Below, piece after piece: positions 17,230-24,721 of a stretch of 39,446 nucleotides of DNA (position 1 is its first letter; each line of letters begins with the position of its first letter). The notes beneath the pieces were generated by a model that did no database searches, had not been told where the DNA came from, and saw nothing but the letters and a program-made list of their open reading frames with translations. Made by a program: the position numbers and the translations under genes. Where the stretch lies: positions 1 through 39,446 of IMG/VR virus record IMGVR_UViG_3300045988_067321. The stretch is one strand, 5' to 3'. This DNA is from a virus.

Positions 17230-17495
17230 TGCACTTCAACTCCTTTTTCCGATGTCGCGGTGGGGATGATTTGGACAATGTCACTCTTTCCACCTCCGTA
17301 AGAACCATACTGCAATCGTTGTGCGGTCTTTGCCGAAATCAGTACGCTCTGCTCTTTCGTTGCATCTCTTTCGAGCGATGCATACACATCACCGTCCGTA
17401 AAATTCTTAATCAAAAACTCGGACGCTGCAACCTCAAATTCAAAAATCAATGTTGCCGATGCTGTCGGCTGTCTCATTACTTTTACTTTACTCAT
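17214..17495 (-). CDS. Hypothetical 93-aa protein, first gene of the ectopic cassette.
   Basis: ORF coupled to its neighbours. No motif recognised. Confidence 0.5.
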   Translation of the reverse strand: MSKVKVMRQPTASATLIFEFEVAASEFLIKNFTDGDVYASLERDATKEQSVLISAKTAQRLQYGSYGGGKSDIVQIIPTATSEKGVEVQCLKW

Positions 17496-17499
17496 ATTG

Positions 17500-18684
17500 T
17501 CACCTCCTAAATCGTTTTGGTACGGGTGCTACTCTTCCTCGCATATCGCAATAGATGCGTTCTCGTTCTTGTTGTAGCCCCATTCGCTTGCAGAATCTAG
17601 TGTACTCTCCGAGTTGCCCTTGATACTTTGCTTTTGCAAGCATTACATCTTCCGGGTCAGCTCCACCCTGTTTTAATAGCACAGCCTTTTCCCTCTGCGC
17701 CCTCATTGCAGTTTCCATTTTTCGCTGTTGTTGCTTAGCTTCGTATAAGGTGTATTCCTTGCCTTTAAAGGTCTTCGGTATGCTTTCTTTGCGGTTCTGC
17801 TCTGCAAGCCACTCATCTGTCCAGTTCCGCTCTGAAATGCCTTCCACAAAGGGGTAATACATATGATAACAATTCGCCCCAAGCAATCCAGTGACGCTTC
17901 CTAGTCCGCATACTGTTGTGAGCTCCTCTTTGCTGTATACTCTGCCCTGCCATGCTGCGTGAGTTGGTCTAGCTCCGGCATGCCATTCCACCTCAAAATA
18001 ATCTGTTCCAAGCTTTTTGGCGTTCATTTCAGAGATTTTCCCCGACAGCTGAGAAACTCCCGTCATCACAGCCCTGCGAGCTGCTACGTCAATTCTGTTT
18101 GCTCTTCCAGATGCATAATCAATCTGTCGCAGTCCGCTATTTGTTAGCTGTGTGACTACTCTACGCAAGACACTATTGTAATCAAATGCGCCTGTTGCAA
18201 TGTCTAAGCAGGCGGCATCTAAATACTTCTGATAGACTTCGGCTAATGGTGTCAGCACAGGTTTCCCCGTACCATAATCTAAATAAAATCCAAGTGATTT
18301 GGTAATGTTCTGTAAGTCATTTCCACTCTGCTGCATCAAGGCTTCCGCAATTTGCTGAAGCTCCTCATTCTCTTCATAAGGGATAAACTCGGCATTAATC
18401 TGTTCGTATATATCCTTGTTTCTTACATACTCCCAGTCAATCACCTTATCGTATAGTTCGAACATCTCCGGATAAGACTTATTTAACGCTTCTTTCAACA
18501 TATTTTCGATGTCTTCGGAAGAATGCCCTAAAATACTAAGCCTATTAATCTGCCAGTCTGCTGTGCTTGTGATTTTCCCGGTTTTTCTTATCCTGCGGAC
18601 GATGTCTTCCATGATCCGCATTTCCAAATCGGAAAAATGTTTTTCAATCTGTCCAGATAGATGCTTCTTGTAATCTTCTTTCAA
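17500..18684 (-). CDS. Head morphogenesis protein (SPP1 gp7 / Mu F-like minor head protein).
   Basis: VAARRAVMTGVSQ...EVEWHAGARPTHAAWQGRVY pattern. Follows the portal gene. Confidence 0.85.
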   Translation of the reverse strand: MKEDYKKHLSGQIEKHFSDLEMRIMEDIVRRIRKTGKITSTADWQINRLSILGHSSEDIENMLKEALNKSYPEMFELYDKVIDWEYVRNKDIYEQINAEFIPYEENEELQQIAEALMQQSGNDLQNITKSLGFYLDYGTGKPVLTPLAEVYQKYLDAACLDIATGAFDYNSVLRRVVTQLTNSGLRQIDYASGRANRIDVAARRAVMTGVSQLSGKISEMNAKKLGTDYFEVEWHAGARPTHAAWQGRVYSKEELTTVCGLGSVTGLLGANCYHMYYPFVEGISERNWTDEWLAEQNRKESIPKTFKGKEYTLYEAKQQQRKMETAMRAQREKAVLLKQGGADPEDVMLAKAKYQGQLGEYTRFCKRMGLQQERERIYCDMRGRVAPVPKRFRR

Positions 18685-18693
18685 TCAGATCAC

Positions 18694-20061
18694 CTACTCC
18701 ATCACTTGATTCTGCTCCGGCAGCATCTTCTTCGCCGTGGCTTCATCCTCGTTGTACCACTTCATGCGATACTCTAAGTGCGACATGATTCCCATGCTCA
18801 CATCCTGTCTGTCCTGCTGACGTTCTGTCTCCTCATCAGTCAAAATAGAATCGTTAAACTTGCAAGAGAACTCGTATCCAGAGTTGAGCATGCTATTGTA
18901 AAATGCAAGTCCGGCAACGAAATCTTCTAAGCAATCGTATAAGTTGTTCTGGATTGCCGTTACTCGGTTGTATTTCCGACTCTTCGATGTTTTAATCTCT
19001 GTGGCTGTCTTTGCCACTTCCTGCGCGTCTGACAGGTCTCCATAAGCTAAACCGACAGAGAATTCGATTTCTCGCTTGTACTCCTCTAATCCTCGTTTAA
19101 ACGATTCATCTCGCATTTCCGGGGAATATTCTTTTAAAAGTTCTTGATCTTTTCCAGCTTCCAGATTAAGTCCTCGGTATAGACGTTTGCTGAGCTTTGC
19201 CATTCCAAATCTTCCGGTTGTTTTATCTTGTTTTAATGCTCTGTTATCCACATGGATAGCACGCTCACCGGATTCAAACTCCCAGTCGAGCCTTGCGCCC
19301 TGAATATCTGTTTTCTTAATCAGTTCCACTGCCGAATCATATAGGGATACACCGCAGGCAGAGCCATCCACTTTGTTTTTAATAGGATTTCGGTAGTACC
19401 CGAAGTCCATCCGATTCATTCCCGGATAGGTAATCGGACCAGGCTCAATATTCTCCCACTCTTCTACTGCTTCTAAGCTGCATGGCAGACCAATATCTTT
19501 TTCTGTTTGCGAATGAAAGCATTTGTTTTCTATGGTCAGATTACCATTCACAAAATAATGCCGTTCAAATCGAGTAAAATAATCCACATCCCCAACCTTT
19601 TTCCCAGTCAGAAATGCAATATCATTCGGTTTCCCATCATCCCCGAAGCTAATCGGAATAATCTTATCTGCTGTCACAAACTCAGCTGCACCCCCACCAA
19701 GAGGTTTCAGCACAAAAGAGCCAAGTGCAAGCCCGTCTTGCAGGTTTTCATTTAAACCTGCAATATTCTTTTGGTATATCTTATCCAGTCGCTCATTACT
19801 TACATTAGTTTCCATTTCCACCAGTGCGCAGTCGGCAAACTCTCGACAGATTCCTGCTTCGATTCCAAGCGAGACGACACTACCTGTAATCCAGTCCGCT
19901 TCGCCATTGAGCATCTTGTTCCAATCGTCAATTGCATATATCATCTTGTTGGAAAAGGCGATGTCCTTGCCGACGATCTGTTTCAATGTTGTATATCCAA
20001 ACATTCTCCTTATTCCTTTCCACAGTCTCTTAAATCCATCAAACATCTTCCACCTCTTCAA
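18694..20061 (-). CDS. Portal protein (SPP1 Gp6-like).
   Basis: 455 aa, between TerL and the MuF-like gene, with typical length and order. The start could instead be 20046. Confidence 0.85.
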   Translation of the reverse strand: MKRWKMFDGFKRLWKGIRRMFGYTTLKQIVGKDIAFSNKMIYAIDDWNKMLNGEADWITGSVVSLGIEAGICREFADCALVEMETNVSNERLDKIYQKNIAGLNENLQDGLALGSFVLKPLGGGAAEFVTADKIIPISFGDDGKPNDIAFLTGKKVGDVDYFTRFERHYFVNGNLTIENKCFHSQTEKDIGLPCSLEAVEEWENIEPGPITYPGMNRMDFGYYRNPIKNKVDGSACGVSLYDSAVELIKKTDIQGARLDWEFESGERAIHVDNRALKQDKTTGRFGMAKLSKRLYRGLNLEAGKDQELLKEYSPEMRDESFKRGLEEYKREIEFSVGLAYGDLSDAQEVAKTATEIKTSKSRKYNRVTAIQNNLYDCLEDFVAGLAFYNSMLNSGYEFSCKFNDSILTDEETERQQDRQDVSMGIMSHLEYRMKWYNEDEATAKKMLPEQNQVME

Positions 20062-21367
20062 TTAGATATTTCATATCCCGCTCAATCGTGTATTCAAATG
20101 CATCTAGGCTGTCAATATCTGTGCTGCCATCATCCAGACGTTCATCTTTCCCGACAACTTCCTTGTCCCACACCGCATCCGTAAGGGCTGTCTTTAATGA
20201 TTCGCAGTCTTTTGTAATAAAAAACCGCCTAGCCCCCATGAGCTTGACGGTACATCTAATTCTGTCGTTTATCGGTCTTTTCTTTGCAGGTCGGACAGAA
20301 ATCCACGGAAACTCTTTTTCTACCGCGTTCCGGATAGAATTACCGAGGACCGTTTCTGCATTGTCCCAAAATACGGATTCTACGTTGCAATATTGTACAT
20401 AGTCTCCACTTCTAACGCACACCGAGTATTCATCTATTACTTCCCGGATAAATTCGCAGAACAGCTCATTCAGTCGATTGCTGTCGATGTCTTCCTTTTC
20501 ATCTTTTGCCATGATTCTGCGGGATTTTAAAGCGATTACGTCGGCGTAATTGTCTGTATATCCTCTCGCTACAAAAGAGTGGCCAGACTGATTTCCTCCA
20601 AAGTCCAAGCCAATCTCGATAGATGTGATGTCTTCCTTCCGAAACTGCTTATATTCTGATTCCTGCGAGAACTCATCTACGATTTCACACCGGAATGCTT
20701 CCGGATTATCTGCAAACCGCTTGTAAATAGAGCCGTCAGCTCTTTTCCAAAGTCCAAGGATAAGGCGGTCGTAATAGATTGTGCCTTCGTACTCTTTGCA
20801 AAGCTTCTCAACAAATTCCGGATCAAGAAATGGATTATCGAATATGGTGTATCTTTGGAGGTAGATATCCAACTCCACATTATCTATAAACTCCTTGAGC
20901 CAGTGCGTCGGATGTTCCGGGTTGCAAGCCCCATCAAAGCAACTGTACGGCTTATCTAAACGCGATTTAAGCATCTGGAAGACTTCTTTGTTCCATTTTG
21001 CAATTTCATCCCCATAACAATACTTGATGGATGCTCCCTGTATCTTTGCAACCTGGCTGACCTTTTCTGCTCCGAGACAATAGACGTCCTCGCCACATAC
21101 TCTAGCCACATTCCTGTTGTTGATATTGCCGATCAGCTCACTTGTATAGATTTCTCGCATCGGCTGTAGGACGTTTCGCTCAATAGACTCTTTCGACACT
21201 CCCATGATGACATTCAAGCCGGGTTTTCCCGCTCTCTCCCGGATTCTGAACGGCACCACATATGCTGTATCTACAAAAGATTTCCCCGAACGAACAGCGC
21301 CAGACTTGATATTCCATCTATGCGTGGCGTTTATGATGTACTCATTCTGTTTACTGCTTAGTCGCAT
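20039..21367 (-). CDS. terL: Terminase large subunit.
   Basis: Walker A GAVRSGKS near the N-terminus. 442 aa, downstream of TerS. Confidence 0.9.
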   Translation of the reverse strand: MRLSSKQNEYIINATHRWNIKSGAVRSGKSFVDTAYVVPFRIRERAGKPGLNVIMGVSKESIERNVLQPMREIYTSELIGNINNRNVARVCGEDVYCLGAEKVSQVAKIQGASIKYCYGDEIAKWNKEVFQMLKSRLDKPYSCFDGACNPEHPTHWLKEFIDNVELDIYLQRYTIFDNPFLDPEFVEKLCKEYEGTIYYDRLILGLWKRADGSIYKRFADNPEAFRCEIVDEFSQESEYKQFRKEDITSIEIGLDFGGNQSGHSFVARGYTDNYADVIALKSRRIMAKDEKEDIDSNRLNELFCEFIREVIDEYSVCVRSGDYVQYCNVESVFWDNAETVLGNSIRNAVEKEFPWISVRPAKKRPINDRIRCTVKLMGARRFFITKDCESLKTALTDAVWDKEVVGKDERLDDGSTDIDSLDAFEYTIERDMKYLIEEVEDV

Positions 21368-21725
21368 TGTCTCTCAACTCCTTTAAGATACCGTCAAGCT
21401 TATCAATCGCCGTCCTATCTTCGTATTCCTGCTTATCTCTCCACTTGTCCGGTTTCCGATTCTTAAGCCAGAATATTTGCGCTGTGATATTTCCGCTTAT
21501 GGCATTTTCAAACAACGCATTTTCCACTTGTCTATCAGCAACATCCTTGCTTCTTTTTAAGGACTCGGCAATCTTGGGGTATTTCTTCTTCCACTCGTAT
21601 AGAGTAGCAGGGTTAATTCCCATATTCCGGGCAATCTGCTCATCCGTAAGACCATCTCTCGCCCATCCCTCTATCTTTAGCAAGCCTTCCGGCTCTAGCC
21701 ATTCTTGATATTTACCTTTCGCCAT
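21351..21725 (-). CDS. terS: Terminase small subunit.
   Basis: HTH-like GLTDEQIARNMGINPATLYEWKKK and a FWLKNRKPDKWRDK tail. AAAGGTGGTGA RBS before ATG 21725. Confidence 0.7.
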   Translation of the reverse strand: MAKGKYQEWLEPEGLLKIEGWARDGLTDEQIARNMGINPATLYEWKKKYPKIAESLKRSKDVADRQVENALFENAISGNITAQIFWLKNRKPDKWRDKQEYEDRTAIDKLDGILKELRDNATKQ

Positions 21726-21742
21726 CCGGCTCACCACCTTTC

Positions 21743-22105
21743 TTACTTCCTATTTTTCTTACTCATGTTCTGGTTAGCCCAACTATTTGCGAGAAAGTTA
21801 ATCCTGCTTGAGCTTATTGCATCTCTTATATCTATCACCTGCGAGGCGCTTGTGAGTGTGTTAAGCTTTCCCTTGATTTCTTTCCCTATCTTCTTGTAGT
21901 TCTCTGCCATTTCTTTGGAGTGTGCATTCTGTCCTCGAATTCCGGTAGTATTCAGCTTTATATTATTATTAATGGTTCTAAAAGCACTGTCCACGATTTC
22001 CTTCGCCCATGCTTTCTGTTTTTCACTTCCACTCAGTTTACTCGCATCAAAGGACAATCCATTGCCTGCTCCGCCACCTCCGCTTGAACTTCCTCTACCA
22101 CCCAT
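21743..22105 (-). CDS. Hypothetical protein with a Gly/Ser-rich N-terminus (MGGRGSSSGGGGAGNG).
   Basis: ORF overlapping the DUF4417 gene end by 11 nt. Confidence 0.5.
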   Translation of the reverse strand: MGGRGSSSGGGGAGNGLSFDASKLSGSEKQKAWAKEIVDSAFRTINNNIKLNTTGIRGQNAHSKEMAENYKKIGKEIKGKLNTLTSASQVIDIRDAISSSRINFLANSWANQNMSKKNRK

Positions 22106-22733
22106 TACACTTAGCCTCCTTAAATTTATCCGTAAATGCTTTTACATGGACAATGTTACCCATACACTCATCTGGGATTTTCCCGTAAAAAATAATAGTC
22201 TTAGGCTGCAACCTTCTAACCATTTCTTTATATCCGTCTATAAATAAATTTTTACTTTCTTTATCTTTCATGCATCCAACACTTGAAACTGCCACTGTGC
22301 CGCCCTCTGGTTCTCCGTCAAAGCACCAGTCAAACGATTCTTTATCACTCCACGCAATTGTAGGTATTACCTTAATCCCTAGCATCTGCATATATGCGCC
22401 AATCCAGTGTTTGCGATAATGATTATATATCTGCACCGCTTTCGGATAATCCAAATATAGACTAAAGTCAGGTGTTAGCACATAATCAAATTCTTGTAGC
22501 ATGGGAATATATGCATCGATATTCGTCCACAATCTCTGGAATTGATAATCATCAATAAAAAAGTGGCAAACTTTACCATTTCTATTTTTCGCCGTTCTTG
22601 CGTAATTAAACGATATAAACTCATGCTCCCCTTCATAGCTTTCCAGATCAAGGCGCGGTATATCGTATTTTCCGCATCCATTAAATACATACTTTTCTAA
22701 GTTTTCGCAGTTTCTCGAATTCGCATATCTCAT
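22095..22733 (-). CDS. DUF4417-family protein.
   Basis: Pattern CHFFIDDYQFQRLW...PDFSLY...IPTIAW recalled as DUF4417-like. Located upstream of the terminase. Confidence 0.6.
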   Translation of the reverse strand: MRYANSRNCENLEKYVFNGCGKYDIPRLDLESYEGEHEFISFNYARTAKNRNGKVCHFFIDDYQFQRLWTNIDAYIPMLQEFDYVLTPDFSLYLDYPKAVQIYNHYRKHWIGAYMQMLGIKVIPTIAWSDKESFDWCFDGEPEGGTVAVSSVGCMKDKESKNLFIDGYKEMVRRLQPKTIIFYGKIPDECMGNIVHVKAFTDKFKEAKCNGW

Positions 22734-22748
22734 ATTTACTCTCCAAAC

Positions 22749-22772
22749 AAAAAAATCCAGCCGACAGCAGGA
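22749..22772 (-). terminator. Weak terminator or attenuator downstream of tRNA-Trp, abutting the DUF4417 RBS.
   Basis: Minus strand TCCTGCTGTCGGCTGGA (5 bp plus one mismatch) followed by T7. Confidence 0.4.
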
Positions 22773-22859
22773 TATGTTAAGCTTTTAGGACTACTGCATA
22801 ACATAATAAGCAAAACCAAGCAACGTAACCAAATGAAAGGAGGTTGCAGTAGTCCACAA

Positions 22860-22932
22860 CAGGCGCAATCGGAATCGAACCGATGACATATGGCTTTGGA
22901 GACCATCGCTCTACCAACTGAGCTATACGCCC
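22860..22932 (-). tRNA. tRNA-Trp (anticodon CCA).
   Basis: Hand-folded cloverleaf: GGGCGTA-TA-GCTC-AGTTGGTA-GAGC-G-ATGGT-CTCCAAA-GCCAT-ATGTC-ATCGG-TTCGATT-CCGAT-TGCGCCT-G. Confidence 0.85.
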
Positions 22933-23112
22933 GTAGGATGCCTTTTATTGACATCCTCTCCCCTATCCGCACTCGGGGACTAAAACACTAAATATAGATC
23001 ATGTCTACTTGTTTACTTGGCAGATCTGCGGATATCTGCCTTTCGTGATATCACACCGTAGCACTTCCACGGCATTCCGGATTTTTAATATTTACCGTGA
23101 TATGCTACTAAT

Positions 23113-23149
23113 CCATGTGCAGGAATCGAACCTACCTATCCATTCATGG
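23113..23149 (-). other. tRNA-like acceptor/T-arm minihelix, a possible tRNA remnant.
   Basis: Minus strand CCATG-AATGGATAG-GTAGG-TTCGATT-CCTGC-A-CATGG. No D arm or anticodon arm found. Confidence 0.35.
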
Positions 23150-23153
23150 CATG

Positions 23154-23178
23154 AAAAACGCCCTGCAAAAGCGGGGCG
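23154..23178 (-). terminator. Rho-independent terminator after the late-regulator gene.
   Basis: Minus strand CGCCCCGC-TTTT-GCAGGGCG followed by TTTTT. Confidence 0.7.
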
Positions 23179-23268
23179 CCTTAGTGAGAAACAGTGTTAT
23201 AATCATTTCCCCTTTTCGGGTATGATACCATAATAACACAGAAAGTTGTCCCTTGATTACGGCTCTTT

Positions 23269-23685
23269 TCAAATTTTATTTGATAGCAACCAATAGAATT
23301 TTCTTCGCCGATTATAATACATATCCTTCCCACAAGGAATTCCTGCAATTTCTTTCAGGTACTTATATGTTCCATACTCTGTTGTAACTCCCTTGATTAT
23401 GTACTGGTAGATATCCGGATCAGCTTCAATCGCAGTCTGTTCTATCAATTCACACTTCCGTTGCAGTTCTGCTCTCCTCACAGCCAAGTTAGCTGTTGCA
23501 TCGCCATTTCCATGACTTGTAGGCATATCTGTCACTTCAATGCTTCTTACCGTGTCTTTTTTATATTTCAACTCATCCTTCCATTCACTGTATTGCATGC
23601 AAAAGTGATATAGTTCTAAAAATCTGTGTTTGCTAATGTCGTACTTTTTCTCATTTATCGGTCTTACATTCGACACCGGCATCAA
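23269..23685 (-). CDS. Putative late-gene transcriptional regulator (RinA/ArpU-like, or an antiterminator).
   Basis: 138 aa. It is the last gene before the late leader and terminase genes. The FLELYHFCMQYSEWK pattern resembles this class. Confidence 0.45.
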   Translation of the reverse strand: MMPVSNVRPINEKKYDISKHRFLELYHFCMQYSEWKDELKYKKDTVRSIEVTDMPTSHGNGDATANLAVRRAELQRKCELIEQTAIEADPDIYQYIIKGVTTEYGTYKYLKEIAGIPCGKDMYYNRRRKFYWLLSNKI

Positions 23686-23734
23686 TCCCCTTTCTCCTCA
23701 AATACTCCATAACATCCATGTGTCTGTATTTATT

Positions 23735-23920
23735 TCATTTGCGGTACTTAAACTTCTTTCTAGTGGTCTTATCCTCCAGTTCGATATTCGCAATTCTAAA
23801 TCCTGCAAGACTGGCAATCTTTTTAAGGACCTCGATTACATCTCTTACATGCTTCGGTATATGATCCGCATGTGCGATCGCTCTGTCTGCTGTTGGATCT
23901 TTATATCCTTCTTTATTCAT
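23735..23920 (-). CDS. Hypothetical 61-aa protein.
   Basis: ORF with RBS. No motif recognised. Confidence 0.5.
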   Translation of the reverse strand: MNKEGYKDPTADRAIAHADHIPKHVRDVIEVLKKIASLAGFRIANIELEDKTTRKKFKYRK

Positions 23921-23998
23921 CGTTTCCCTCCTTTACTGCTGCCTCCTTGGATGTTATAATTGGTTTATCAATTCTTTTTTATCTAAGGAGGCATTTCT

Positions 23999-24178
23999 AT
24001 GAATTATCAAAAATATGAATCTTATGAAACTTTTCTTTTATACCAGGAATTTCTTTCCATCCCAGACAATCCATTTTCTTTTCAAATCCCCGAAGGAATG
24101 GTGATGACCACTGATATGATACATACATTCCTTCAGGCTGCTTACAATGCAAAAGGTGTGTCTATTTTGGATTCTTGA
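23999..24178 (+). CDS. Hypothetical 59-aa protein on the opposite strand. Not in the ORF track.
   Basis: AAGGAGG RBS 7 nt before ATG. Upstream extended -10 TGTTATAAT (23951-23959). Overlaps the 3' end of 24162-24695 by 17 nt. Confidence 0.4.
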   Translation: MNYQKYESYETFLLYQEFLSIPDNPFSFQIPEGMVMTTDMIHTFLQAAYNAKGVSILDS

Positions 24179-24695
24179 TATATGGTTCTGGAAGTGGCTG
24201 CCATGCTACAACATTAGTGAGATACACATCATCAGATACGCATTCATACCATTTCATTTCTTCTGAATAATATACATGGCCAATCATCATTTCATCGTAT
24301 GCGTTTTGTGCAATCACCTCTTTTTCCGGTACCCGCTTCTCTTCTACCGGAATCCAGTCGTTATCTTTCTTTCCGTCCTCAATTCCTTTTTGATACCACT
24401 TTCTCCTGCTGCATTTTCCACAATTTGGAACTTCATCCATGTGTGAGCGGATGATTTCTGCCGCATGTTTCCGATCCACATAATCTTTGTAGTATGGATC
24501 TTCTAATCTTTCTACATTTTCCAAAATCTTCTCTAGTACGTTCATTCCTCGCGCCTCCAAATCCCCTTTTATTAGCCTGTTATATGTCCAATCAAGCAAC
24601 ATAAGCAAATCAGCTTTAGTTGTTCCGTTATGTGTTTCAAGTGCCAATTCCTCCTTTACGATTCGCAACTTTTTTTTATCTTCCAAGCTGTTCAC
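24162..24695 (-). CDS. DUF551-like phage protein.
   Basis: C-terminal WIPVEE...VVAWQPLPEPY pattern is typical of DUF551. Confidence 0.5.
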   Translation of the reverse strand: MNSLEDKKKLRIVKEELALETHNGTTKADLLMLLDWTYNRLIKGDLEARGMNVLEKILENVERLEDPYYKDYVDRKHAAEIIRSHMDEVPNCGKCSRRKWYQKGIEDGKKDNDWIPVEEKRVPEKEVIAQNAYDEMMIGHVYYSEEMKWYECVSDDVYLTNVVAWQPLPEPYIKNPK

Positions 24696-24721
24696 TCCAA
24701 TCTAATCCTCCTCATTATTCC

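Noticed and set aside
15734-17495. A duplicated fibre-type module suggested a diversity-generating retroelement.
   Set aside because: No reverse transcriptase gene is present in the window, and I could not find any template/variable repeat pair.
22736-22972. 78-aa ORF from the track.
   Set aside because: It is laid over the tRNA-Trp gene and its flanking hairpins and has no RBS. It is spurious.
23113-23149. The tRNA-like T-arm fragment might be the attP core, since integrases often target tRNA 3' ends.
   Set aside because: It lies 13 kb from int, whereas arm-type repeats sit directly beside int at 37255-37476. A tRNA remnant or leader RNA structure is more likely.
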